DNA from: Gracilinanus agilis | Taxonomy: Eukaryota | Direction: 5' to 3' | DNA length: 63,881 nucleotides | Assembly: GCF_016433145.1 (NCBI RefSeq) | Contig: NC_058132.1 | Coordinates: 87,563,599-87,627,479, forward strand | Part shown: piece by piece, positions 1-12,136 of the stretch | Layout: each line of letters opens with the position of its first letter | Numbering within the stretch: position 1 is the stretch's first letter | Notes under the pieces: generated by a model | What the model saw: only the letters and a program-made list of their open reading frames with translations | What the model was told of the DNA's origin: nothing | The model's database searches: none | Position numbers and translations under genes: made by a program

Positions 1-923
1 TTATGGCATCCAGATTTTTAAAGGCAAAGCCAAATGAGTTAGAGGTAGAAATAGTAGGCAAAATCACAATGGTGAGCAATCTTCCCCCTTCAGAAATAGA
101 TAACCAAAAATAAATAAGAAAGAAGTCAAGGAGATGAATAGAATCATAAATATGATAGATATCAGAAGAGAATTCAATGATATGAGAAAGGAATATTACC
201 TGTTTTCAATGGTACATGGTAGCTTTCCAAAAAGTTATCATATATTATCAGGACATACAAACTTTAGAGTTAAATGCAGAAAAGTAGAACTAAGTAAAAT
301 ACTAGATAAAGAATACAACAAGGTATCTCAAAGATTATACATGGTGACTAAACAGGATTCATACCAGATATGTAGGGATGGTTTAATATAAGAAAAACTG
401 TTAACATAATCTATTATATCAATTAAAAATTCATATCATAATATCAGTTTAAGAAAAAAAATCTTGATGAAATAAAATGCTCATTCCTATTTAAAATACT
501 GGAAAGCATAAGCATAAATGGATTTTTCCTTTAAATGATAAGAAGCATCTACTTGAAATTATCTCCAATATTATTTGTAATGGGGACAATCTAGGAGCCT
601 TCAACATAAGATCAGGAGTGAAAAAAATGATAATTATCATCAATATTGTTCAATATTGTATTAGAAATGGTAGCAAGAGCAATAAGAAGAAAAAACTTAA
701 AGGAATCAGAATGAGTAAAATAAGGTAATAAAATTATCCCTTTTTACTAAGAATACATTGGTATATTTGGAAAATTCTAAAGATCCAACTAAAAATTAGT
801 TGAAACAACTAATAATTTTAGCAAAATAGAAGAATATAAAATAAACCCACATAAATCATCAGTATTTCCATATATCACTAATAGATCCCTGGAAGAAAAG
901 ATTATAATAAATATTCCATTTAA
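1..923 (+). mobile_element. Old L1 ORF2 fragment (endonuclease part joined to RT part by an internal deletion near 290)
   Basis: A-rich L1-like sequence with a broken ORF (134..391); aligns by eye to the L1 at 48010-50095. Confidence 0.85.
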
Positions 924-933
924 AATAATCATA

Positions 934-1113
934 GGAGGCAGCTGGAGGACTCAGTGGATTGAGAGCCAGGCCCAGAGACCAGAGGTCTTCGGTTAAAATC
1001 TGGACTCAGACACTTCTTAGCTGTGTGACCCTGGGCAAGTCACTTAACCCCCATTACCTACCCTTACTGCTCTTCTGCTTTAGAACCAATACCCAGTATT
1101 GATTCTAAAATAC
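934..1113 (+). mobile_element. tRNA-derived opossum SINE (SINE1_Mdo family, older variant)
   Basis: gaggcagctgg...cagtggattgagagccagg...gtgaccctgggcaagtcacttaacc; TSD aataatcata at 924-933 and 1114-1123. Confidence 0.9.
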
Positions 1114-1123
1114 AATAATCATA

Positions 1124-2235
1124 AATATAACCAAAATCAGAAGGAAAGCAACAAATTGGGGAAAATCTTTATAACAAAAATCTCTGACAAAGGTTTAATT
1201 TCTCAAATATATAAGAAGCTAAGTCAATTGTACAAAAAATCAAGCCATTCCCTAATTGATAAATGGGCAAGGGACACGAATGGCAGTTTTCAGATAAAGA
1301 AATAAAAAATATCAATAAGCACATAAAAAAGTATTCTAAATATCTTATAATTAGAGAAATGCAAATCAAAACTACTCTGTGGTACCACTTCAAACCTAGC
1401 AGATTGGGCAATATGAAAACAAAGGAAAGTAATAAATGTTGGAAGGGATGTGTTTTGTGGCAAATTTGGAACACTAATGCATTGTTGGTGGAGTTGTGAA
1501 TTGATCCAACCATTCTGGAAGGCAATTTGGAACTATGCTCAAAGGGCTTTAAAAGACTGCCTGCCCTTTGATCCAGCCATACCATTGCTGGGTTTTTACT
1601 ACAAAGAGATAATAGGGAAAAATACTCACACAAAAATATTCATAGATGCACTCTTTGTGGTTGCAAAAAATTGAAAATGAGGGGGTGTCCATGGATTTAG
1701 GAATGGCTGAACCAATTGCGGTATCTGGTGGTGATGGAATACTATTGTGCTGAAAGGAACAATGAACTGGAGGAATTTCATGTGAATTGGAATGACCTCC
1801 AGGAATTGATGCAGAGTGAAAGGAGCAGAACCAGGAGAACATTGTACACAGAGACGGATACACTGTGGCACAATCAACTGCAATGGAATTCTGTACTAGC
1901 AGTGATGCAATGATTCAGGACAATTCTGAGGGACTCATGAGAAAGAACACTCTGCACATTCAGAGAAAAACATATGATTGATCACATGGTTCGATGGGGA
2001 TATGATTGGGGATGTTGAGTTTAAATGATCACAAATAATAATATTTATAACATTGAAATATTAATAATATGAAAATAAGTTTTGAACAATGATACATGTA
2101 AAACCCAGTGGAATTGCTTGTTGGCTCCAGGAGTGAGGAGGAAGGAAGGGAAGGGAAGAACATGAATCATGCAATCATGGAAAAATATTCTAAATTAACT
2201 AATTAAATCATAAAATAAAAAATGAAAACAACAAT
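1124..2235 (+). mobile_element. 5'-truncated younger L1 (ORF2 C-terminus, 3' UTR, A-rich tail)
   Basis: ORF pieces REMQIKTT, CWW.CELIQPFWKAIW, DPAIPLLG, YYCA; A-rich tail; right TSD aaataatca at 2236-2244. Confidence 0.9.
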
Positions 2236-2244
2236 AAATAATCA

Positions 2245-3013
2245 GAGTAAAATGCCTGAGCTTTTACATGCCAAAAAAATCCCAGCAGTTACATGAACAT
2301 AATTATAAAACATTTTTATGTAGTCAGATTTAAATATGTGGAGAAATATTAATTGTTCATGATGAGTAGAGCCAATATAATAAAAATGATAATCCTAACT
2401 AGACTAATCTAACTTGTTTAATGCCATTTCAATCAAATAACTAAATAAAATTATTGAGTAGGAAAAAATAATAACAAAATTAATATGGAAGAACAAAAAG
2501 TCAAATATGTAAGAGGAATTATTGAAAGAAATGTAAAAAAAAAAGTAGGTCCAGCAGTACCAGATTTTAAATTAAAGTATGAAGCAATAATTGCCAAAAT
2601 TGTCTGGTACTGATTAAGACATATAAAGGTAGATTGGTGGAATAGAACAGACATACAACAAAGTATAGTTAAAAATTTTTATAATAACTTGTATTTGACA
2701 TAAGATCCAACTTTTGGGATAAGAATTCCTTACTTGGTAAAAATCGTTGGGAAAACTGGAAAGCAGTCTGGCAGAAACTAGATATAGGTTAGTATCTTAT
2801 ACTATTTATCATGATAAGATCAAAATGGACACATGCTTCTCCTAAAGGGAGCCATCATAATCAAATGAGAACATAGAACATGATACCTATCAATTTTATG
2901 TATAGAAGAAAAATTTGTGAATCAACAACAGATATAGCATCGTGAGATGTAAAATGGATAATTTTGATTATACTACATTTAACGACTTTTTGTACAAATA
3001 AAACTAATGTATC
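2245..3013 (+). mobile_element. Continuation of the old L1 ORF2
   Basis: Resumes gagtaaaatgcctgag, matching the uninterrupted copy at 50094 onward; L1-like throughout. Confidence 0.8.
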
Positions 3014-3987
3014 TGTTATTTTGGGGATTCATTCAGTTGTAGATTGAACATATAATAGTCTATTACTAGGCTATAAACAGATTTAGTTGTTGGAAATTGA
3101 TGGTTGAGAGTTTGGTGGACCAATAGTTGAAAAGACTTGACTAGAGACAAATCTTCAATAAAAACGTGTTTATTATATTTGCCTCTATAGGAACAGTGAT
3201 AGGAAAAGGAAATTGGAGATACTGAAATATAGTAAGTTTAGGAATTTTAATTAACTAAATTAACCCCCAAAATCTTTCCGAAGAGGGATTTCTTTGTGAT
3301 CACTGAGTGATCCTTCTTATTCTACTCTATCTAACTAAATCCCCAAATATCTATCTTTCTATCCTATACTAAATATAACCTTATAAACAGAGAGGAATCA
3401 GATTTCTTTTCCTGCTGCTCAGATGAAAAAAAGAAAAAAAAAACTTTTAGAATCTTTATAAACTTTCTCCACTAAGACAAGCTGACTCTTTTCTGCCACC
3501 TACTGGGAACATCTAGGTACTGCGCCCAATACAAACGTTGGTCTCTGGTCTTCTAGGATGGTTTCAAGAGATAAATTCACCAGAAATTTCTCCCAACTCC
3601 CAGAGCAGCCTCCTCGAAGAACCTTCCTTATTTAGGGTCATTCATAGAGTGAGACCTTTGGTCCCACTGTCTCTCCCAAAGTTTCTTGAGAAAATTCTCT
3701 TCTGTAAGATTTAAAAACTAGATATTTAAGGTATGGCTTCCCATGAGTCATCCTTGAGATTCTATTCTGGCTTAAAGAAACCTAACTCACTGGTCTCTCC
3801 CTTATCCATCTATCAGTAATAATATCCTATTAATTAACTAACAAATATTCTGCTACATATCCAAGATTAGAAAGAATGGAGAAACTTGGGAAAATGTATT
3901 TTTTGATAGAGTACTCATACCTCAAATATATGGAGAACAGTCTCAAATTTATAGGATTATGAGCCGCCATTCCCCAGTTAAAGATCA
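3014..3987 (-). mobile_element. Probable ERV solo LTR inserted in the old L1
   Basis: Non-L1 block beginning TG and ending CA; minus-strand AATAAA near 3170; L1 resumes after it; no TSD found. Confidence 0.55.
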
Positions 3988-4595
3988 AGGATATGAATAG
4001 ATAGTTTTTGGATGAAGAAATCAAAGTTATATATAGTCATATGAAAAAAGTTATGTAAAGCATTACTTATTAGAGAAATGCAAATCAAACAACCCTGAGA
4101 TATCATCTCATACCTATTAGATTGGTTAAAATGATAAAATGCCAAAATGGCAAACATTGGAGGGGATGTGGAAAAATAGTGACATTATTACACCGTTGGC
4201 AGATATGCAAACTGATTCAATCATTTTGTAGAACAATCTGGAATTATTTCCAAAGAGTTGTAAAACTATATACCCTTTGACCAACCAATATCATTATCAG
4301 ATCTGCTTTTTTTGTGATAATCAAGTAAAAGGAAAAGAACCTATATGTTTGAAAATATTTACAATACTTTTTATAGTGGTGAAAAACTGGAAACTGAGAG
4401 AATACCTGTCAATTGGGAAAGAGCTAAACAACCTATGATATATGATTGTGAAGGATTACTAATATGAAAGACCTCCATGAAATTATGAAGAGAGAAATGA
4501 GCAGAACCAAGAAAATATCATCTATAGCAATAGAAATAATATTTGAAGAATAACTGAATCTCTACTTCCAGAGAAAGAACTTATAAAGAGAAACA
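3988..4595 (+). mobile_element. Old L1 ORF2 3' portion
   Basis: aggatatgaatag...agagaaatgcaaatcaaac...ccctttgacc, typical of the L1 3' end. Confidence 0.8.
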
Positions 4596-4800
4596 TTCTT
4601 TCTCTCTCCTAATCTTTGTTTGACTTACTCTCTTCCTATCTCCCTAGTCTTCTCTTCCTCTCCTTACTCCTCTTTCTTTTCTGTTTCCTTCTCTGCCTCT
4701 GTCTGTCTCTATCTCTGCCTCTGTTTTTGTCTCCATCTGTCTGTCTGTCTGTCTCTTTCCTTCCCCTCTTTCTTCTCACTTCATGGTATCCATTTTTCTA
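4596..4800. repeat. CT-rich low-complexity tract
   Basis: (TC)/(TCTG)-rich sequence. Confidence 0.85.
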
Positions 4801-5039
4801 TTTTTTACCACTCCTTCCCTTTCCAACTCCCTCAGTCAAGAGTCCAATTTAGCTAAAATATAGTATGTATGAAAGAAAGTTATAGAGATTGATGGGAGAC
4901 TGAATTCAGTTTCTTTAAAGGGAAATCATAGTAATTTACAGGTAGTAGGATCTTTAGATTCCAGTGACTTTTCAGATAGCTAATTAGTATTTTCATTTGT
5001 TTTTCATTTCTTCTATTCATTTGTTTTTCATTTGTTTTA

Positions 5040-5237
5040 ATTCTGATTCTTTATGACTCCATTTGGAATTTTCTGGGTAAAGATACTGGAATAGTTTGCC
5101 ATTTCTTTCCCCAGTGGATAAGGCAAATAAATGGTAAGTGACCTGCTCGGGGTCATACAGCTAGTGAGCATCTGAGGCCTGATTTGAACTCATCTTCCTG
5201 CCTCTGGGCCAAGTGCTCTATCCAGTGAACCACCTAA
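5040..5237 (-). mobile_element. MAR1/MIR core SINE
   Basis: aaagatactggaatagtttgccatttc...aagtgacctgctcggggtcatacagctag...gatttgaactc. Confidence 0.75.
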
Positions 5238-6269
5238 ATTCCTATATACATATAGTTATAGATGATCTAGATATAGATATGGCAGAACCGAGTTGGTGAG
5301 AGATAGAAAATTTTAGTTCTCAGCCAGGCTCCTTTGGGACTCTTTAGGACCAGGCCTCTTTTGGACTAGTCAAGCTTCAGATCTTCTTCAAGTGCCAAAG
5401 CAGTTCTAGGTGCTACTGGTTTCCAGCTTTGAGAAAGAAGCCAAGAGTAATTCAGTTGCTTGAAGGAAATTATTCTGGGAAGACATGAGAGGAACTGAAA
5501 ATCTCTATCATGTCCCTCCATTCAGCTTGATACTCTAAAGACTTTAAGGAGTTTAGTCGTGTATGAGATCTAGGACTCTTTCTCTTGGTTGAGCTGAGAT
5601 ATTTCACTCTCGATAAAAAACTAATTTTATTTTGTATGGCACATATTTTCCTATGTATACCTTCTTTTATGTCTGTTTAGTTATAACATGGATAAATGTG
5701 GTTTTTTCTATTTATTATCTGTGTTTATTATAGAACTAATATCAGTTGGGAAATGAGTCAAGTCTTGCAAGTAGAGCTTGTGATTCCTCATTCCTTCTAA
5801 AATGACAAAACTATCAGTAGTTAGATGGAACCTAATGACATCTTCCAGAGTAATAATATCTAAGGGAGTAGATAGATATACTTCTAGCTCAACCCCTCCT
5901 CTTTCTGATGAGACTGCAAAATTGTCCTCTACTCCAACCTCCTGCCTCCATTCCTGGCAAAAATGAAAGTTTCTGTTGGAAAGGATATGGAGAGAAGAAT
6001 CTAGAGATGTCTATACCAATTGATATATTGATAATTGAATTTCAAGCATTGAATAAATGATGCATTTAAAGGTAACACAATATTTATGTCTCACAAAGTA
6101 GAATTTTGTGGGTAGTGTAGAGTGTGAATACACTGTATCAGAGGTTTTATGGATAGATAGGCTTAAAAGAAATAGATTGAGGAAACTGTTATAACTTTCT
6201 CTATGTCTTGAAGGTGACAGCATTCAGCAAGTAAAATTTTAAGCGAACAAAGAGGTAGTTTAGTAAGTC

Positions 6270-6890
6270 TGTAGAATGGAAGATGTTATTGATATATGTG
6301 GAGAGCTGAAAGTGGGAGGAAGAAATGAACGAAATGGAGTATCTATTGGTATAAATACAGAAACAGGAATGATGAGGTATAAAGATGGTAACATGGATAG
6401 GTTTAAGGAGAAAATGTGGGTAATCTAGATAGAGACAGAGTCAGCATGGGTTTAGGAATGTATAGGAATTGGAGATAAGGATGTAGATGACAAAAGGAAT
6501 CATTATGGTGATAGGCTAGGCTAGATAGTGTTATAGAGATAGAACCAAATATTGGAAAAAAGATAACAATAGGGACAGAATTAGAGAAGTAATATTATTG
6601 GGATGGCAAAAGGGATAGTGATGTGGCTTAGTATGAAATGGAGATATTTATGGGAATGTACACTAAGATAGGGTTGGGTTGAGTAGAGATAGAACTGGAG
6701 TTAAGGATGGGGTTAGAACTAGGGATAGTAATGGGGATGTCTTACTTCAAAAAGAAGATACTCCTAGGTTTAAATATTGGGATAGGATTGAGAAAAGGGT
6801 ACTGGAGAGGGCTAGCTTAAGATTCGACATAGGGAGAGGACTAAAATAGACAATGAGGATAGAGAAGATGATGATCCTTATTAGGAATCA
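6270..6890. repeat. Strongly G/A-skewed, C-poor degenerate low-complexity tract
   Basis: Recurrent gggata, ggttag and gatag words with very few C on the + strand. Confidence 0.55.
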
Positions 6891-6892
6891 AG

Positions 6893-7080
6893 ATAGTGGC
6901 ATCAAATTCAAATAGAAATATATCCCTAACCCCATATATTAACTTAGAGAATCACAAATTTGCATTATCTATGTTGTATTGTTATTTATTTTTAAGAAAT
7001 ATTTCCCAATTACATTTAAATCTGTTCTAGGCCTTATCTGTGTGCAATTTGGGCACAGGGGTCCAAATTTGATGCCTCTG
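6893..7080. mobile_element. Old hAT-type MITE (marsupial MER45-like)
   Basis: tcaaattcaaatagaaa...aaatatttcccaattacatttaaatctg...tttgatgcctctg resembles a recalled marsupial non-autonomous hAT. Confidence 0.55.
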
Positions 7081-7121
7081 GTTAGTATAATTCTATGTTT
7101 GTTTCTTGTTTTTTAACATGG

Positions 7122-8069
7122 TTACTTCCTCAACTGTGAAAACATCTGGACAGCCCCTTCCCAAATCTGTTTGGTTCTCACACCATAAATGACAGGGTTG
7201 AGCATGGGTGGGATAACAACATAGAGGTTGGCTAGAAGGATGTGGACATAACGGGGAATACTTTTCCCACCAAAACGGTAGGCAAAGACTGAAAATAGGG
7301 CAGGGATGTAGAAGAGTAAAATAACACAAATATGAGAGCCACATGTACCCAGGGCTTTGCGCTGAGCCTCCTGTGAAGGAAGATGGAAGACAGTGCGTAA
7401 GATTAATACATAGGAGACAGCAATAAGAATAATATCTAGACCTGTGGAAAGCAAGGCAGCTGCCAAGCCATACCAGACATTGACAGAAATATCAGCACAG
7501 GCCAGCCGGGCAATGCCCATGTGCTCACAGAATGTGTGTGAAATTATATTGGTTCGGCAATAGGGTAGCCGTTTGAGGAGGAAGATAGATGGGAATATAA
7601 TGCAGAAGCTACGTGTAAGTGTGGCTCCAGTTATCTTTTTTATAACAGTGGGAGTAAGAATGGTGTGGTAGTGTAAAGGTGAGCAGATGGCCACGTAGCG
7701 GTCAAACGCCATGGCCAGCAGGATTGCTGAGTCAGCCACAAACAGAAAGTGTATACAAAACATCTGGGTGAGACATTCATTAAAAGAGATGGCTTGGGTC
7801 CCCCACCAGAAGATGGTCAGAGCCTTGGGCATGGTGGAGGTGGAGAGCAGGACATCAGCACTGGCCAGCATGGACAGAAACAGGTACATGGGTTCATGAA
7901 GGCTTCTCTGGGTGATGATAACACTGATCAGGATGCTATTCCCTGCTAAGGCAGCCATATACATGATGAAGAAGGGGATAGAAAGCCAGACATGCTCGTG
8001 CTCCAGATCTGGGATTCCAGTGAGAAAGCAGCCAGACAGACGGGTATCAGTGATATTCAGAGAAGGCAT
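7122..8069 (-). CDS. OR52B6: Olfactory receptor, class I, OR52B6-like, 315 aa, intact
   Basis: LHEPMY, AMAFDRYVAIC, HTFCEHMG, KALGTCGSH, PPMLNPVIY; diagnostic DTRLSGCFLTGIP, YGLAAALLSTGLD and SVFAYRFGGKSIP match recalled human OR52B6. Confidence 0.93.
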   Translation of the reverse strand: MPSLNITDTRLSGCFLTGIPDLEHEHVWLSIPFFIMYMAALAGNSILISVIITQRSLHEPMYLFLSMLASADVLLSTSTMPKALTIFWWGTQAISFNECLTQMFCIHFLFVADSAILLAMAFDRYVAICSPLHYHTILTPTVIKKITGATLTRSFCIIFPSIFLLKRLPYCRTNIISHTFCEHMGIARLACADISVNVWYGLAAALLSTGLDIILIAVSYVLILRTVFHLPSQEAQRKALGTCGSHICVILLFYIPALFSVFAYRFGGKSIPRYVHILLANLYVVIPPMLNPVIYGVRTKQIWEGAVQMFSQLRK

Positions 8070-8124
8070 TATGACTTTTATGACTTTGGAGTCTTTGGAC
8101 CTTAATATTCTACAGATGTTTCAC

Positions 8125-8156
8125 CTGCAGAAGAGAAGAAAACTGGAAAATTAGAT
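8125..8156 (-). promoter_or_regulatory. Splice acceptor of the OR52B6 coding exon
   Basis: Minus strand ctaattttccagttttcttctcttctgcAG|gtgaaac, 55 nt upstream of the ATG. Confidence 0.65.
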
Positions 8157-8779
8157 ACAAGTTTTGGTAAAAAATATGGAATCTTCAAAGAGTGTCAAGT
8201 TCTGGTCATAGCTACAGGTAACTGCAGAATCCATGAATGGAATCTGTGGCCATAAAATAAGGATAACACACAGTGACAAGATCTGCAAATGGCATTGGTC
8301 TCTGAGCATGTTGTGATGGAGTAGGACACAGCAACAGACTCCAGATCAAATTTCCTGAATGCTCAGAGAGAGGGACAGGAATTCCACTGCATTTTTTAAA
8401 AGAGATACCCAATACATAGCTAATGATCATTGTTAATAGGGACACAATTGAAAATATAGGATATTGTTAGGTAATCCATTGTCAATAATGATGATGATGC
8501 TTAAAGCAGAAGCAGAAGTAGGGATAACTTTAGTGGTTCCCATTTTTTAAAGACATTTGGTTTCTGAAAATGTCTTAACTTTGGGATTTGCAATAACGAT
8601 GCCCAAGAACTTGGTAATCTATCAGTCAGTGGGAGTAGGAAAAACTATAGAATGAATATTAGATTTTTATGGCACATGTAGCAATCTTCATATTATAAAT
8701 TAATGATAATAACTGATTTTCCCTTTTCCCAAATACAACTTTTTCCTTTCAAAAAACTAAGATTATTAAGTGGCAAGTA

Positions 8780-8805
8780 CAATTAAAACCTGCTTATCCC
8801 TGGAG
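8780..8805. promoter_or_regulatory. Candidate homeodomain (TAATTG) plus O/E-like (TCCCTGGAG) pair upstream of OR52B6
   Basis: caatta at 8780-8785 and tccctggag at 8797-8805. Confidence 0.3.
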
Positions 8806-8849
8806 TAAAGAGAATTTGGTTTTAGTTCTGTCTCTGCTACTAATTGTGT

Positions 8850-9040
8850 GTTCAAATATGACCTGAGACACCTGTCAAGTGACTCTAAACAAGTCACTTA
8901 ACCCTGTTTGTCTAGTTCCAAATCTTTAAAAATGAGCTGGAGAAGGAAATGGCATAACACTGCAGTATCTTTGCCAAGAAAACCAGAAATGATGTCACAA
9001 AGAGCCAGACATGACTGAAAAATGAACAATAACAACAACA
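8850..9040 (+). mobile_element. MAR1 SINE
   Basis: aagtcacttaaccctgtttg...gagctggagaaggaaatggc...gtatctttgccaagaaaacc...gacatgactgaaaaatgaacaa. Confidence 0.8.
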
Positions 9041-9254
9041 GTTATTAATAAAGTATATGAAAGTTACTAAAATCTAGGGATCCTACAACCTCTGGCCTGC
9101 TGTGATTTCCTTTTAAAGAAATTAATTTCAATCTCTCAGCAATCTTTCCAGCTTCATTTCACTTTCAAGCACACCATATTGAGGCTAAATTGGGCTCCTG
9201 AATGAGGAAGTTGGAAAGGGAGCAAGGAGAAAGAATAGATATTAAATATGGGTT

Positions 9255-9376
9255 AGAAAAATGGAAAGGGAAGAGATAGAGTGACAAGAAGAGAGGGGAG
9301 AAAGAGAGAGAAAAGAAGGGAGAAGAGAGAAGCAGAAGAAGCAGAAGAAGGGGGAGGAGGAGAAGAAGGAGAGAGA

Positions 9377-9448
<72 letters not shown>

Positions 9449-9458
9449 GAGAGAGAGA
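9255..9458. repeat. GA-rich tract and (GA)n microsatellite
   Basis: Direct inspection. Confidence 0.95.
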
Positions 9459-12136
9459 TCATTTGACAAAGTAAAGGACCTGAAGTCAAAAGACTTGAGT
9501 TGAAATTTGGCTCTAAACTGTTAATTAGTAATATGAACCTCGACCTTTATGAGCTCCACTTCCTCATCTATAAAATGTCAATAATAATATGCAGGGTACC
9601 TAACACTCATGACTTTCAAGGGTAAAGTGTTGGATACAGAGATGAATATGATTTACTGTTTTTGCTACCACAGTACTATATTCTAAGACAAAGACCAAGA
9701 AAGTAACTAATGGAAGAGGAGAAGAGCCATTATCTTACTCTGTTGTATATCAGTACTATCTTTTGTCACTGACTTTAAGACTTCTCATAATCTTGTGACT
9801 TTCTTTAAAAAATGTTTTGAGGGGTGTTTTCTTTTGCATGGAGATTTTATCTAAAAGATTAGGAGATAGCAGTTCCCAAGTATAGAGTCTGGGATGAAAA
9901 GAAGGCAATGGGACCTTAGAATCTACCCCAGGACTCAGAGATATCTGCAGAAGGTCTAGAAAAGCTCCTATGTGGATCAACAGAGGAGCCTCTGAATGTA
10001 TTTTTACTCCCAAGCTGAACTCAGTGTCTCACTCTGGTCCTTTGACATTGCCTAGAAAGAGTTGGTGGTACCTGAGCCAATCTCAGATAAGTAGGAAAGA
10101 ATCATCTGTTACATTGGGACCTGGGTTGAAAGGGTGAGCATGGTAGTATCTCACTCTTAGGTGGGATAAGAAGATAAGAAGGATTCTTTAGAAGGATACT
10201 ATATGGCTTGGGTAGTAGCAACAAAGGTCAGCAACTGAACAATTCTTTGCTCTTTTCTTTCTGTGTTGCAAAGAGATGTTCCTTTTCTGTCTGGATATTG
10301 CTGAGCATCTTTGAAGTGATCAGGGAGGTAAAATGAAACAAATTAAATTCTCACTGAAAATAGGATTGGATTTGTGATTTTGCCAGTGTAAGTATTCACC
10401 GTAAAAAATTTCCTCCATGAATACACATGAATACAAATCTTTACTACTCAGTTTTAGAGAAAGAAGTGAGGAGGCACTTAGAGGAGAAATGACTTGTCCA
10501 GATTCATACACAGTATAGGACAGAAGTGAAACTTCCTCTTAGGCTTCTAGGCCAGTCCCTTATACATACTGCCTCTAGCTTTTCATTAATATATTTTAAG
10601 CCTCATTTTTCTCCCCTTATGCTCCTCTCTCCCCCTGACACTTGAGAAAGAGAATAAGCTAAGGCTACAGCAGGAAAGATTTGGAATAGAACTCAATTAT
10701 AGAACCTCATCATTGGAAACTCTTCAGAAACCATAAAGTCCAACATAGAATGCTTTCTACAGCATTTCCAAAAGGGGTTATTCAGCTACACTTAAAGACC
10801 CCTAGTGATAATGATCTCATTAAGTCTGGAGACAAATGAAGAACTTTCTATTACTGAGTTTTACTAGAAAATGAAGTTTATGGTGGAGAGAGACCAACAT
10901 AGACACACTCAACAACCACCACCACTTTATTAAGCATTTACTATGTGTAAAGTACTAGAGAAACAATACAATGACACAAATGAAACATCCCTTCATAGAG
11001 CTTACATTCTGTTGTAGAAGGTGGAGGGGGATATAACATGCATATACTTAGAAACACATACGAATTTATATAATAATACACTGATATACCTACATGTGTA
11101 TTAAATATTTTTATCTTTGTAATACTAGCATCACTTAACATGTGATTTCTCATTGCATTTACAATAACAGATACATATACACCGACATAGTATTTCCCAT
11201 TATCAGAAATTTCTAAATACAACATAGGTGACCACCTTACAGAAATAGAGAGAAAATCACTATCCTAGGTGGAAGTACAAATTTGATGATCTTTAATGTT
11301 CCTTCTATCTTCCAGAGTCTATGGTTCTATCTCTAAAGACTTTAACATTCAAAATGAAAAACTAAAAGAGATCACCTTCTCATAATTCATCTTTTTCCTT
11401 GATTCTATACAACTTCATCAAATCTCCATGTTGGTCAGCTACTAAATTAGCCAGATTCTGGACCTTGTGCTCGTACTGCTTTTTACCATTCTTCTCCAGG
11501 CCTGTCCTTACCTAGCCCAAAACTTACAATTCTGTTATGTCTTTGAATCACTAGTTGCTAGACACTTTGCATGACACCCAAAATATTAGTTAGTCCTTTT
11601 ACTGGATTTTCATATACTGGGGACTTCAGTAAGACAAGAGAATTATACTAAGAAAAGCTAGGATGATAGAAAACCCACAACATGGAGCTTGGAAGGTACT
11701 TGAAGCACTGAGACTGGGACACCCCAGGATCTGAGGTCCTTAGCATTTTGTCCTAAGATGGTATAAGAGGTCCTGAAGATATATTGCTTCAAACTCAAAA
11801 ATCCAATGGGGAAAAACTCTGGAGGTGTTATCAAGAAGTGAGTAAACCTTTGAAACTTTAGTTAAAGGGAGAGGATAAAAGGTGAGGTAGGTATTAGGAG
11901 GAGGGATGAAGGGGATGGCTGAATGTAGGGAAGGAATGAATGAGGTGGTATATTGGATGGTGAGGGAATAGGTGGGATATTCAGGAGAGGCAGCTTAAAA
12001 TAGGCTAGTCACAGGAGGCTAGAGACAGGATATGGGGGAAATAGGCTGAACCCTTCAAGCAGAGAAGGTATCCCTATGATGTAAAGGAGTTTAGGCCAGT
12101 TAGAAATGTTTAGGTTTGGGTGGAGGATTTTCTCTT

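Noticed and set aside
934-2235. Possible SINE-L1 chimeric retrotranscript
   Set aside because: The SINE has its own TSD (924-933 / 1114-1123), so these are two sequential insertions.
9242-9489. LS-, ER- and HT-repeat ORFs (also 4616-4856, 20442-20726, 47629-47940, 55624-55863)
   Set aside because: Translations of microsatellites.
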